Shown here in pieces: positions 26,005 to 40,860 of a stretch of DNA of 64,000 nucleotides. Position 1 is the first letter of the stretch, and every line of letters starts with the position of its first letter. The stretch is from NCBI RefSeq assembly GCF_009914755.1, contig NC_060933.1; one strand, 5' to 3'. The translations under genes were made by a program, and so were the position numbers. The notes under the pieces are model-generated. The model was not told the DNA's origin. It saw only the letters and a program-made list of their open reading frames with translations, and made no database searches. Source of the DNA: the human T2T-CHM13v2.0 reference genome, Homo sapiens.

Positions 26005-26130
26005 TTTTTTTTTTCTTTCTCCTTTCGAGACTGAATCTTGCTATGTTGCCCAAGCTTGTCTTGAATTCCTGGGCTCTAGCCATCCTCCAGCCTCAGACTC
26101 CCAAGTGCTTGCAGACTATAGGTGCCTGAC
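26005..26130 (-). mobile_element. FLAM / Alu monomer
   Basis: 'gagactgaatcttgctatgttgcccaagcttgtcttgaattcctgggctc' preceded by a T tract. Confidence 0.8.
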
Positions 26131-26139
26131 TGAATTTTT

Positions 26140-26345
26140 TTATCTTTAACTTTTAATTTAGAAAATTTCAAACATATACAAATGTAAGAAAGTAGTATAA
26201 TGAATCTCCATGGGGCCATAACCAGCTTGAACAATTATGAACTCATGGACAGTCATATTTCATCTATACCCCTTTTTCCTATGTCATCATTTTGAAGCAA
26301 ATCCCAGAGCATCATATCATTTTATCTGTAAATATTTTCAGAAAG
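26140..26345 (-). mobile_element. L1MC-like 3' fragment
   Basis: 'gaaaatttcaaacatatacaaa…ttttgaagcaaatcccagagcatcatatcattt'. Confidence 0.6.
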
Positions 26346-26909
26346 CAAGAAAACTATCAACTACCACTAGGGTTGTGTCAAGAAGGGGACAATTCAAATA
26401 GGCTGTCACTGACCAAAGACGGGCTAATTTGAGCATCAAAAAAAAAAAAAAAAAAAAGATAATCGCAATTGTTTAAAACACATCAAACATGATTATATCT
26501 ATTAATTGATAATATTTTAAAAACAACTGAACAGATTGATTGCTTGATGGTTCAGAGGGAACCAGCTCATAATTTTCAAAACTGTTTTAGGAAAAGGAAA
26601 ACAATTGTGCATTTATTTTGCCTTTTCTATACAAATTGGACCTCTGGGTAACCAATTAGGCTTTATTTTTACCCTGCCTTTGTCTACTTTCCTAGTTTAA
26701 CAATCTTATTCTTCCCTGAGGCAATAGGTGCCTCTGGCTACATGGGGTGCGGAGGGGAATATCACAATGTCTAGAAGAGTTTTTCTTATGTTATCTTCTA
26801 GAATTTTTATGGTTTCAGGTTTTTCCCCTACAGCTCAGAGATGACCCTGAGTCTTGATTCGGTGAGAAGAGGAATGAGATCCAGATGAAGACCTCATGAG
26901 TCCATAGAT

Positions 26910-27400
26910 TGTATTGGCTGGGATTTGCACTTGGTTGCACATAATAAAAATTCATTCTTGGTGATTAAACCAAACAAGAATTTATTTTTCTCATGGTAAA
27001 AAGAAGTCTGAAAGCAGACTGCCCAGGGTTTATAAAATAGCTTCAAGATGCTATCTGGGAACCCAGATCCTTTGATCTGTCTTTCTTAATGTATGGCTTT
27101 ATCCTCATGGCTACAAAATGGTTTATTCTTTTGCATTACATCTGTGTTCCAGGCAGGAAGAAGGGAAAGAGTGAAGGGTGAAAGGCAGAAGGCCTCCTTG
27201 CTAGGCTTTGTCTTTTTATTTAGGAAGGGATTCTGTCAATGCTTCACTTACATTTCACTGATCACGACTTGGTCACAAGACATAGCTGCAAGGGAGTGTA
27301 AACAGTATTTCAACTGAGCACATAGTCATCTTTTAGAAAATCAGGGCTCTCTTAGTAAGGGAGAAGGGGGAGATAAATGTTGTGGGAGTGACTACTCCTA
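26910..27400. mobile_element. Old MaLR LTR (MLT1J/K-like)
   Basis: 'gaatttatttttctcat…tctgtgttccaggcaggaagaaggg…ggtcacaagacatagctgcaaggga'. Confidence 0.55.
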
Positions 27401-28315
27401 CACAGTTCCAAAGCATCTCAATGAGATCCATATTCGACTCAAGATTTGACAGTTGACCAAGAACTTGGCAATTAATTGCCACAACAGTTGAGAAGGCTAC
27501 AACTTCCATCCTGGTAGTAATGGAGAAAAGCAGGGCCTGTCATTTGTCCAAATCACACTACGTGGAAGCAGAGGAATTGAATAACAACTGTAGGTCTCCC
27601 AGATCCACAGACCTTATTGCCTAGTCATAAAGAAAGGGTAGCTTCAGGAGAAAATTTACTACCATCAAATGAGTTATTAAACAGTAGCATTTGCTAAGAG
27701 ACTCAAGTAGATTAATCAATGGGTCTCTTTTTAGAAATTATTAAGGAGCTACTTCTTTATATTTGTAGATACTTGTGTAAGTATAAACATTAGTTGGCCT
27801 CATATTTACCCTTCTATTAGCTGTAAGATTGGTTTTAACATATAGTTTATAGGAGTAATTGGTATTACCAGTTAAGAACAATGGGCTCTTTTTGTTTTGA
27901 AGAGGAGGCTTTCAAAAATCAGTAATGAATTTTAAAAATCACTAGGTCATACCTAAGCTAATAAAGGATTTTTAATGTAAAACTGCCAAAGGGGTGCTAG
28001 TTAATAGTTTTGCTAAGCACCCATATAATTTTCACATAGTTATCTAGGCTGGCATGATTTAAAATAGGTTAGGAATATCCCCTTGCCCCATCTGAAATAA
28101 CATCCCCAGGGGGCCACAGTGTCTACAATTCCACCATTAGAAATTCATTGCTTTGGCTTTATATTTTATAATTTCAGGAATTTTTAAAGAAGCAAGTAGC
28201 TCTGGAGTCATAGTAATGATTAGCAATTTTTTATTGTTTTTGACTTGACATTCAGTCTCAAGGGAAAAAAATTCTAGTAAACTGTCATGAGCAGAAGGTG
28301 AAAGAGATGGTTGAG

Positions 28316-28630
<315 letters not shown>

Positions 28631-29056
28631 ATAGGATAGCTGAGTCAGAAAGTTGTGGGCAACCCAGGGACAAAATAAAGTACAGTACTCATACTTACTT
28701 TGTTAATCATTTCTTTCTTCATTCTCTCCACATATACAACCTTTTTTCTGACTTATTAAAATCTCTAGCTTCTCTGTTATTAAAATTGCAGGCAATCAGC
28801 ACACTTATGAAGTATTCAATGTGCACAAAACCAGTAGTTCCAAACCTCGACTTTAGCTAAACAAAAGAACTGGGGTTATTTTTAAAAGACTCCTGACAAT
28901 GACCCTCACTCTCCTCCCATTACTGTGAGCCCCGTGAGAACAAAGAGTCAGTATCATGCATTTCTCAGCATCTAGCCCTGCGCTTGGCATTTTGGCTAAC
29001 ACATATCTGTGGAGTGAATTAAGATGATGGCAAATACAGTTACTTAAAGGAAGGTG

Positions 29057-29440
29057 AGTCAATCAGGAGGATGTAGGTTATGTTATGATAACAAAAAGTT
29101 CAAAAATCACAGTGGCTTAAAACAATGAAGGTTTTTGTTTCTCACTTGTGCTACCTGTCCTTTGTGAAGTTTGCTGTGTCATCCTAACTCCTAACCCCAA
29201 GCTGGTCACTATCTAGAACACTGCCATTTGCTGTTGCAGGGAGAAAAGATGCATGGCAAACCTAGAACTTGCTTTTAAAGCTTCAGCTTGGAAGTGGTGC
29301 ATCACTGCTGCTAGTATCTCATGGACTGAAGCAAATCAGATGGTCATATCTATTTTCAAGGAAGCAAGAAAGTGCAGTTGCATTGTGTGCTTCAGAGAAG
29401 AATGGAAAGATTTGGTGATGATCAATAATAACTACCACAA
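29057..29440. mobile_element. Old MaLR LTR (MLT1K-like)
   Basis: 'cagtggcttaaaacaatgaagg…cttttaaagcttcagcttggaagtgg'. Confidence 0.55.
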
Positions 29441-29479
29441 TGGGCATCAGTGGTGGAAAAAGGGAACTGATATGTTACA

Positions 29480-29650
29480 CACCTACCATGAACTAGAGTG
29501 TTTGCTAATCTCTTTTCAATCTCATCAGTTTTATCACTATTATTATCCACAGATGAAGAAACTGAGGCTCAATGAGGTTAAGTAGCTTGCCCAATAACAA
29601 ACAGCTCCATTTGAATCCAATAATGTCTCCAAAGCCCGAGTTCTACTATT
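29480..29650 (-). mobile_element. MIR SINE
   Basis: 'cagatgaagaaactgaggctcaatgaggttaagtagcttgccca'. Confidence 0.8.
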
Positions 29651-30231
29651 CCTCATAGTATATGATAGTCCCTGCCTAACTAAGAATTAGTTGCATTTTT
29701 CCTGTTGAGATTATATACTTAGAACCTATAGATTTCTTCTACCAACAGCCCGTCAACAATCAAGGATAGTTGTCTACTTCCTAAGAGGATCTGCTTTGCT
29801 TATTTAAAAAAATCACAGATATAAATATCAAAATATCCTGATGTTCTTTAAGAAATGTTCTCCTCAGGCCTCTCAGCCTGGACTGATTTTGTTTGCCTTT
29901 GCATTTGGCTCATTTTTTGTCTGGTGGCTTTCCTTTTCAGTGCAATGAGAACCATAAAAGCAGAAAAAAATTTCTGTGGGATTGAGGGATGAAAGTGCAG
30001 GCTTCTTTGCTTTTGACGGAGATTTCTGCAACAGCACTTAAGGCCAACCCCTACATGATTGCTCTTTCTTCTTTTCTTATTCACTTACGAGGTAAGAAGT
30101 GATGAATGCCTATTATTTTTACATTAGGAACGGGAATTTTTCTGGCCTTAAATGCCCAGGAAGCCCTGAAATTAAGCTTCTCTTTGCAATACCAGCTCAG
30201 CTTCATTGCACCTGAGCACCAAGACAGGTTA

Positions 30232-30521
30232 TAGTTATTATCCTAAGTGAATTAATGCAGGAACAGAAAACCAATACCACATGTTCTCACTTATAAGTGG
30301 GAACTAAACATCAGGTACACATGGACACAAAGAAGGGAACAATAAACATGGAGGCCTACTTGAGGGGGAAGTGTGGGAGAAGGGTGAGGATTGCTGATTA
30401 CCTGGGTGACAAAATTATCTGTACATCAAACCCCTGTGACATGCAATTACCAGTGTAACAAACCTGCCTGTTTACCTCTGGAACCTACAAATAAAAGTTG
30501 GAAAGTTAAAAAAAAAAAAAA
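30232..30521 (+). mobile_element. L1PA (older, PA13-16-like) 3' end with poly(A)
   Basis: 'atgttctcacttataagtggg…aataaaagttgg' followed by an A tail. Confidence 0.85.
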
Positions 30522-31740
30522 GCCACAGTGTGAGTTCTCCAAGGGCAGAAGTGTGGTCTGTCCATTTCATCAAGAGACTTGGAGTCTCAACCCTTGGCTA
30601 CTATTCCTACCGATGCCAGCAGGGACTTCCTGAGAGTCCCCCAGGGTGCTTCCTTGTCTCTCAGAGGCACACCAGTAAGGAAATAAGGATAAATAATACT
30701 GGTAAAGGAGGCATGCTGGAGAAGAGGGTACAAAGGCAGGACAGCCCACTCGGAAAGCAAGCAAGGAGCATTGCTCTTTATGACTCAAAAAAATAAAAAT
30801 AAAAAATCGTGCTCCTGCTGCCTTCTTTCCTAAGCTAGACTCTACCTATTTCTAGTTCAGAATTTCAACATAAAATAAAGCTTAAAATACTGGAAAAGAG
30901 GAGCCATGTGCCTTGAGCCTCAAACATAGGACAAGCCAGAAGGAGGGTGCTGCTGTGTCTATGGTTTCTGAATACTGAACTAAAATACTTGTTTTATTCA
31001 ATTCATAAAATTGAAAGGAATGTCACTATTTTCCCAGCTCGGTTGTGGAGAGGGGTCTCAAGTTGTTCAGCTGGAACAAAGCTTCCTCCATCTCCTCCAT
31101 ACAGTATGTACATATGTGGTGGGCATAGTGGGCTGGGGAGTATCCCTCAGCATCCTGACACTGTGTGAGCAGGCACCCCCCACCACCCCCACCCCCGGCC
31201 CAATGCCAGGATTCAGGTAATAAGCCTGTTTGGGGTTCATGCCCACCATTCTCCAAATTGGCCTTTCTTAGTAACAACAGTGACAGTTCCTCTCCACTTG
31301 CCTCTCTTTTTGCTCATCTCTCAATTTGTTTGAAGCCAAGATAGGAAGACACGTGACATATATTGAACCCCTCAAATACTCCACATTTATATTGAAAAAC
31401 TGTAAATCTTTCTCCCTGAAACTTCTGCTTTCTGGTCTCTAGAAAGAACCATATTCAAAGGTTTTAGCTGTTTTGTTTTTTAAAGTTTTTTTTTCCAGGT
31501 ACTTAGGACCATCTTTCAAAGTAATGAGGTCTCTTTCCTGTCTCTTGATTTTTCTGATTTTGATGTTACCTACTAAATTCTTATCAGGGAAGAGGTGGAT
31601 TTCTTCCTCTCACAATATTCTCCCCCCTCCCTCTCTGAAGCCTCCATCTCACCATATTCCCTCTTCCATTCTTCCCATATAGTTATATTACCACTTGGAA
31701 TACATTAATAGCCACCATTTACATCCTATAATTATGTAAC

Positions 31741-32191
31741 TATGCGGCACTATTCACAATAGCAAAGACTTGGAACCAACCCAAATGTCCAACAATGATA
31801 GACTGGATTAAGCAAATGTGGCACATATACACCATGGAATAATATACAGCCATAAAAAATGATGAGTTCATGTCCTTTGTAGGGACATGGATGAAGCTGG
31901 AAACCATCATTCTCAGCAAACTATCGTAAGGACAAAAAACCAAACACTGCATGTTGTCACTCATAGGTGGGAATTGAACCATGAGAACACATGGACACAG
32001 GAAGGGGAACATCACACACCAGGGCCTGTTGTGGGGTGGGGGGAGGGGGGAGGGATAGCATTAGGAGATATACCTAATGTTAAATGACGAGTTAATGGGT
32101 GCAGCACACCAACATGGCACATGTATACATATGTAACTAACCTGCACGTTGTGCACATGTACCCTAGAACTTAAAGTATAAAAAAAAAAAA
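31741..32191 (+). mobile_element. Young L1PA (PA3/PA4-like) 5'-truncated 3' end
   Basis: Near-consensus L1PA 3'UTR with G-rich tract and 'ccctagaacttaaagtata' plus poly(A). Confidence 0.93.
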
Positions 32192-32199
32192 TCAGTTGA

Positions 32200-33750
32200 G
32201 CTGCATAGTATACTAATTCACCCCAAACTCTCTGATATAACTGTTCATTTCCCCTCACTGTTTTCAAACATGTCAGTTGAACTTCCTGTTTCTTGTTTCT
32301 TCCTTGACAGCCCATGCCCAAGTTTTACATCTCCCACATGGTACTCATTCTAGGAATTTTCTGTTTCTCTTCTTTGTGTTAAAAACCCTGTGTCCTGAAG
32401 CCTCTTTCTTGTTTACTCCTTTGCTTTTTGGAGCACAGCCTCCAGTATCTTCCCCAGAATGGGGCACAGGAGGAAAATGTTTGAATCCTTGTGTGTTTTT
32501 GATGTCTTTATCCCACTCCCATACTCTATTTTCAAAGTATGGCTTTGTGAAAATCTAGGTTAGAAATCATCTTCCTTCCATATTTTTAAGGCAATCCTTT
32601 CTTCACTGTATTTGACATTTCATTATTTCTGTAGAGAAGCCTGATGTCATTTGAATTCCTGGTCCTTTTTGATGGAATCTATTTTTTCTTTTGAGAAGAT
32701 CTTTAAGTCTTTTTACTTGCAGTGTTCTATATCTTGATGATAATGTACCTTGGAGTGGATCTTTTCTCATTCACTATTCTCTGCCTAGAAACTCATAAAT
32801 ATCTGGGAAATTTGTTTTGTGTATATTTAAAAAATTTTTCTTCTCTCCATTTCTCTTTCCTTTTTGGAATCTCTATTATTTTGATATTTACCTTCCTTGC
32901 CTAGTCCTCTAATTAAGGCTTTATCTTTTCTCCATTTTCTATTCATCAACTTTGTCGTTTAACCCTTCTCTTGGTAAAAAGTCCTCACATTTTTAACTTT
33001 TGAGAAGTTCTATCTTATTCTTTGCATATTTCTATTACAGTTTCCCATTTTTATTTCATAGGTCTAGTAGCTTCTCTTATGTCTCTGAGATAATGTAAGT
33101 TTCATGAGGTATAAACTTTATTTGGTTTGTTCATTACTTTATGTTGAATGCCTAGAACAATGAGTGCCTACTGTAGTAGGTGTTCGATAAGTATCTTTGA
33201 ATTAATGAGACTATTTACTGTAGCTTATTGTGTATTTTCTTCTGCTCCCTGAAGTTTCTGTTTCCCACAAGTTCCTTTTTACTATATTTGTTCTGGCCTG
33301 GTTTTCATATCACAGGCCTTTCTAAAATATCTGGTGATCTTTGGTGTCTGTTAATAATTACGAATCAGGCATTAAAATGCTAATGAAAGCTCTTGCTTGG
33401 ATGCGACCTGCCAAGTAGAGGTCTTTACTGTAGAGTAATCAAGTGAGGATGCAACCATTTCACTTCCAGAAACACATGTCAGTATCTGTGCATAATTTCT
33501 CTTAGGCTGATCAATTTCCCCAGGGCAGGTTCTCTAAGCTCTTCTCTGAAGTATTTGTGTTTGGCTGCCAGCAGTAAGAGAGCTGAGCTAAAAAAGAGGC
33601 TAGGGGACTTTATTATTCACTTTATAGATTTTAAGGTAGCTTACCCTTATCTTCAGCTTTGCCTGATGTCCTAGAACAACTCTGGCTTAGCTTCTACAGA
33701 GAATCAACCTCCCCCTTTTTGCCAGCGTGGGAAGGGGCAGTCTCCTGGCC
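32200..33750 (-). mobile_element. Old L1M/HAL1-like remnant
   Basis: T-rich antisense L1M ORF1-like text ('ttctgtagagaagcctgatgtc', 'gataatgtaccttggagtggatcttttc'). Confidence 0.45.
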
Positions 33751-34508
33751 ATAAAGGATGGGAAACGGTGTTTGCAGATATAACTGCACCTTTAAGATTT
33801 TCAGTCAAGCTTCTTATTTTCAGCCCCTTCTTGTGCCTCTGCTCTATTGGTTTTCTATTGTAGGCTGTAACAAATTACCACAACCTTTGTGTTTCCAAAT
33901 AACATACATTTATTATCTTACAGTTCTTTAGGTCAGAGGTCTTGTATGGGCGAGTTCTTTCCTGGAGACTGTATCATGTTTATATAGAATTGGATCTTAT
34001 TTTTTAATCTGAGATTAAATTTCACTTAATAAACTAGTTTATTCATTTTAGTTGCTTGAAGTATGTTTTATCTAAAATTTGTCATCTCATATGATATTTA
34101 TGTTTTTAATGCTTCATCATTTTCTTTCATTTGTTCTTTTATATAATAAATTACACTTGTATTTGCTGATTTGTCAATGTTAGTAGTATTGATTTGTTGC
34201 TAAAAACAAGGCCATTTATGAACTTAACATTCTTTCTTAAAATTCCTTTCCCAACTGTATAGAACAAAATAATTCCTACAGCCATAGTTAGCCTTAGTCC
34301 TTTACTGAATAAGTTGCATAATCCATCTGCTTCTTCCAAAATAAGATTTTCTTACTTGTACAATTTTTATATTAATTCATACCTTGGTTAGCTGGATTTA
34401 ATTACCAAGTCATTTTTACAAAGAGGGCCTATGAGTGAGATCTTTAATGTTGATAAATCTTTCCATTGCTTTTATATATGAACAATACGTTTGATCAAAT
34501 CCTTTATA

Positions 34509-34509
<1 letters not shown>

Positions 34510-34540
<31 letters not shown>
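34510..34540. repeat. (CA)15 microsatellite
   Basis: Read directly. Confidence 0.95.
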
Positions 34541-34542
<2 letters not shown>

Positions 34543-35739
34543 CTGGAAATTGCAGATACTGTTCCACTGACTCTGTCACCTGGTTTGCTAATGTAGAGAA
34601 ACACATATCCATAATTTTTTCACTTGCTTTATCTGCTCATATGTATGAAGTATTCTTCTTATCTTTGAAGTTCTGTAACACAAATGGCAAGTCTCAGTGA
34701 AGATCTATAGCTATAGCTATTTATACCTCTCTCTACTTTTTCTCAAATAAGGTATGCCCTTTCTCTTTGAAACTTTACTTTATTTCTGGTTAAAAAATGT
34801 GACTTTTTTCTGTTTCTAGTTGTATCATCTTCTTCGGGAATAATTACAATTATGCACATATCCCCTTTCCATCCTCTGTAGAATCTCCTCCCTCATTTTC
34901 ATCTTCTTGTTGTATTTCATTTCATTTTATTTCATGGGATTTTCAAAGAAAGCTTCTACACTATTCTACTAACTCTTTTTAAAAATAGGTTTTATTCTAC
35001 CTCTTGCTGTTGCTAATGGTAGTTTTATTTCTACTGTTTCTATTTATTTTCTTATATTCAATTTCTTTTTTCAGCTCTTCTAACTCATGCTTTTTTCCCC
35101 TACTATCTCATTTCTCCAGTTTTATCTTTCATTCATTCTCTTAGCTTTTTTTATTTTATCTACTTAGAAAAAGCCCTTGTCACTTTTATTTCTGAGAGAA
35201 AATACTTTGCTGAAGTATTTGCCTGATACACTTTTTCTGTTTCCTAAAGTAATTCTTCTTCTGTATATTATTTATCTGCCTTCTGCATGTGATGTTTCTT
35301 TCAACGCCTGCCACGTTCTGTGTTTATCTATTTGGTAGAATCCATATTGTGTCCTTTACTCACTCATCTTTTACTGTGGTAAGTTCTCTACATGCCTGCA
35401 CTTAGCTCATGAAGTTTGGAGAGGAATGGGAGGTAAGGAATGAGGTGGAGTCATCTGAAATACCTGTCAGCTTAAAATCAGCTTAAAACCACAGATAACA
35501 TAAAATCTATAGATCCTCTGCATGAGCCAGATCTTGCCTTAACTTTTAGCCTCCTCTAACTGCAGTGAGAAAGCACATCTAGATGAGCTCACAGCATGGC
35601 TCGTAATGAAGTCTAATAGATTGCAGATGTTTTGTGTTTAATAATTTGGTGTTTATTTCTATTCAGTCCACTTTGGTCACCACTATAAATATGCTTAATA
35701 CGCTCCCCTCTCTCCATCATACTCTGTTTTTTTAATTGG

Positions 35740-36132
35740 CATATTCATTTCTTTGGGCTGCCTCAACAAATGACCACAAACTTGGTGGCACTGAACAACA
35801 GAAATTTATTCCCTCACAGTTCTGGAGGCTAGGAATCTGAAATCAAGCATGGTTAAGGCTCCAGGGGAGAATCCTTCATTGTCTCTTTCTAGCTTCGGCG
35901 GCTCTGAGAAATTCTTGGCATTCCTGGATTTGTGGCTGCATCATTGCAGTCTCTGCCATCTTCTTCATATGGCTTTCTTTTCTGTGTATCTCTCTCTATT
36001 CTCTTCTTATAAAGACACCAGTCATTGGATTTAGAGCCCACTCTAAATCTAGGATGATTTCTAAATTTGGAGTAGATCATGTTCTGAGGTTTCAGGTGGG
36101 CATGAATGTGGAAGGCATTTTTCAACCCACTA
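35740..36132 (-). mobile_element. MLT1B/C-like MaLR LTR
   Basis: 'aacaacagaaatttattccctcacagttctggaggctaggaatctgaaatcaag…ttttcaacccactac'. Confidence 0.8.
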
Positions 36133-36949
36133 CTTGTGGAATAGAAGTCCAGGTCTGACAAAATAATATGTTGTGCCCACATTCTGGCCCCTGTAGCCTT
36201 GCCAATCCATGATGAGAAAGTGAGGCCCCAAGGTATAGCCTTTCCTACTCTATTAGTCTATATCTTCACTTTTTGTTGTTGCAAGCAAGAAATTAGATTT
36301 CTCTTGCCTTATCACTTATTTTGAGGGAATATTATTGAGCTCTGGAACTTTATTACTTTTTAAAAAATTCTTTCAATTTGTCCAAATGTCATTGTACTTT
36401 GCAAAAATTCTTTCTCACTGTTAGTTACAAATAGAGCCATTTCTTGGGTTAATTGTGTATGGAATTTCCTTCACTGTATGATTTTGTCTTATTGTTGATT
36501 TGGAGGCACTTTTATGAGGTGAGTGGGAAAAACATGTATTATACAGTACTACTACATTTACTGAAAGACTACCTTTTTTTTTCAAAAGCTGCCTAATATT
36601 TTATCTCACATATGAATCATAATTTATTTAGCAATTCCCCTATTACCCTATTGTTGTTTTCCAGTTATAAATAATGATGTAATGGACATAATTATGCACA
36701 TATCTCAGTGTGGAAAGATTCTCTTGTTTCCTTTGGAGTATGTTTCTTGCTACTGGGAACTATCTGGGAATTAATCTGTGTCTCTCTTTCATGAGTGGGA
36801 TGGAGAGGATGAGTCTTCTCTGCTGATGTTCTCCCATAGATCACTCCACTTCTCTCAATAACCAGTGGTGAGTCTACCTTATATGTAATCCACAGGGAGG
36901 GCCAATGGGCCTCCAGCCTTGTCTTGGCTAAAGTCCATAGCAAAAGTAT

Positions 36950-37729
<780 letters not shown>

Positions 37730-38199
37730 GTATTAGGAAATAATCACTGTTTTTTTTTCTTAAATACTTCAGGTTTTATTAGTTTTCTATAAACCAAGAA
37801 CATATCAGACTGCAGTAGAGGTCGTCCTTTATGAAAGATAATTCTCTTGCCCCTATAAGGAGAGGCCCATGTAGATCTAGAGCTGATAGTGGACAGGTTG
37901 TTTGCTAAAATATTGAAATACTTCTATACCACTTGGCACATTATGTCATAGTAACATGATAAGCAGCTAAGTTGATTTATAATATAAACTTTAGAGTAAA
38001 TTTATTAGTTGAAGTGAAATATTGTAGGATGTCTCAACAACCCCTGATATATGGGCCACCTGCCACAACATCTAAGAAATATTTGTAGCTCTATGACTGG
38101 TTGGCCAATGTCTAGTAAACAATGCAGACACATTGTGTATTCTTTATAAAACTCTGTATTTTGGGAGAAGCACCAGTTTATCTTCATCATGGAATTATA

Positions 38200-39770
38200 G
38201 TTCCTATTGCATCTGAATAGTTTGGTTTTTATTTGTCTTTCATAGCTACTGTGTTGTAAATCTTGTGTAAGTGTATATTATATTGTTTTAAAAATAAGGT
38301 CTTATAATATACTGAATACAAATACCCAGGATGAAGGAACAACGAAGTCTGGATATGTTTCTCAACATTTCTGTTAAATACAATGAATAAGAATTGTTTG
38401 GATCTGTGGTAACATGGAGAAGAAATGATATCACAATTATATTATTAAAAGGTAGAAATGTTAAATGCTTAAATATTTTATCTGATTAGGAATAATGATC
38501 CATTAAATCTCTTGGTTTAAACAAAGGAGACACAATCATTTATTAAAAACCATCAAGAATGGGCAAAATAATAAAAATGTTTAAAAGTTTTAAAAATCAA
38601 ATTCTTGAAAAAGTAAATGAAATTGTGCGGAAGTCCAGAAAAATAATGGTCAGTTTTAGGCATCAATATTTAATAAAACTTCAGAAAAATAATAATGTTA
38701 AAATGGACATGCTATGGTCTGAATGTGTGTGTACCTCAAAACATATATATTGAAATGTAATTCCCAATGCAATAGTATTAGGAGATTGGGCCTTTAGGGG
38801 GTGATCAGGTCATGAGGATGGACCCCTCATGAATGGGATTAGTGCTTTTATAAAATAAGTCCTGGGGAGCTTCTTTGCCTCTTCCACCACGTGAGGATGC
38901 AGAAAGAAGTTGCCACATGAAGCAGAGAGTGAGCCCTCACCAGACACTGAATCTGTTGACACTTTGATCTTGGACTTCTCAGCCTCTAGAACTGTATGAA
39001 AAAAAATTTCTATTCTTTATAAGCCACCCCATTTATGGTATTTTTGTTATAGCAGCTTGAATGGACTGAGACAGGACACATTGTGATATATATGTGTAGT
39101 TCTGGCTTGTTAAGAAGATATGTACTGAAATGAGAATGCTTCTTTTGGAAAACATAAGACAGTAAAATTTTAATTATTATTGACAAAGCTTCATCTGCTC
39201 TATATAAACAAACATTTTCTTTAAATGCAAAATTCAGTACTTTGAAGAAAGAGTTGAAAATTGCTCTTTTGTTTTTTAGTCTTGGGATGCTGACATATAA
39301 AAGATCTATAAAAGTATTTTGTTGATGGTGCTTGAGAAAAATTGATTTCAATGAAATATATTGACATAAAAACCTTACTGGACTTTACATAGTTGTACCA
39401 GTGTAATGTTAGGGAGAAAGTCTGGAGTTTTAATTATAATTTTTTAAAAATCTGGATATTTTAATGGGGCACTATTTAAGTAACCATATTCAATCGCTTA
39501 TGATTAATGCCATAAAAATATAAAATAAATGTTTTCTCAATAACTTTATATTTACTACTTTTCATCAAATAAACATCAGAGAGAATTACCCAATAATTCA
39601 GAAGAGATGAGAAATGAGATAATAAAAATTAGAGAAATGTTTGCACCTCAGTTGTCAGCTTATGGTGCTAGAGTTGAAAAGCAGTTTGGAGATTATGCTA
39701 TTGTTAGAAATTGTGAAAGGCCATAGTTAAATTATTTGAGAAACTAAAAAGAATTTGGAGCATTGGGGTT
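38200..39770 (+). pseudogene. Highly decayed piggyBac-like transposase remnant, split by an MLT1A LTR
   Basis: Ordered degenerate motifs read by eye: IMVSFR, GHIVIYMCSS, YVLK*E, HLLYINKHF, MKYIDIK, LDILMGHY, LMINAIKI and a Cys-rich tail. See finding. Confidence 0.5.
38710..39073 (+). mobile_element. MLT1A0-like MaLR solo LTR
   Basis: TG…CA termini, 364 bp, 5-bp TSD GGACA. Confidence 0.9.
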
Positions 39771-39959
39771 TCTATTAATAAAATAACTTAATTGAGATAT
39801 AATTCATATCCCATTAAATTCATCTTTTAAAAATATACATTTCTCTTGTTTTTAGTGATGAAAAAATGGCCTTTAGTGAGGAAGAAATTTTATTTAGTGA
39901 AGAAGAAATGATATTGACAATAAACTAATCTGGTACATCTTCCGATGTTGTGGAAAAAT

Positions 39960-40860
39960 AGTGAAGCGTGAGTCCTCTAACATCGTTATTTTCAGTATTG
40001 TTTTGGCTATTCAGGGTCTCTTGCATTTACACATGAATTATAGAGCCAGCTTGTTAAAGTGGATAGCCTGTGAGAGAGTCAGCTGGGATTCTGATAGAAA
40101 TTGTGTTGAACTGGTAGATCAATTTGGAGAGAATTGCCATTTTAATATTAAGCCTTTCCATCCACAAACATGGAAATTACTTATATTTATTTAGGTCCTC
40201 TTTAATTTCTTTCAAAAATGTTTTGTACCTCTTGAAAAATTTTTTAAATGAATATATACTATTTGTGCATATTTATGGGGGTACTCTTTTGTTAAATTTA
40301 ATCTTAACTAATTTATTATTTTCAAAGTTATAAATGGAATTGCTTTCCTAATTTCAGTTTTCAATTTTCCATTGCTAGTATATAGAAATATAATTGACGT
40401 TTGTATATTATATCCTACAAACTTGCTGAACCTGTTTATTCATTCTAATAGCTTTTGGGGGAGTCCTTAGGATTTCCTATGTTCAAGATCCTGTCATTTG
40501 CAAATAGAGAGTTTAATTCTTCCTTTGTAATGAAGATGCTTTATTTTCATTTTCTAATTGCACTGGTTAGAACCTCAAGTACAACATTGAATCAAAGTGG
40601 TAAGAGCTGTCTTATTCCTGATCTCAGGGGGAAGGCATTCAATCTTCCACCATTAAGTATAGTGCTGGCTGTGCATATTTCATAGATGGTCTCATCAGGC
40701 TGAGGAAGCTCCCTTCTATTCTTAGTTTGTTGAGTGTTTTAATTTTTAATCATAAAATCATGTTAGATTTTATAAAATGCTTCTTCTGTATCAAAATGAT
40801 CATGTAGCATTTCTCCTTTATTCTACTAATGTGGCATATTACATTAATTGACTTTCAGAT
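39960..40860 (-). mobile_element. L1M ORF2 fragment
   Basis: Antisense L1 RT-region text ('cttattcctgatctcagggggaaggcattcaatctt', 'ggaagctcccttctattcttagttt'). Confidence 0.85.

Noticed and set aside
38559-38753. hAT-transposase reading of EKVNEIVRKSRKIMVSF
   Set aside because: Downstream motifs fit the piggyBac order better, and no TRWNS-like or hAT dimerisation motif was found.
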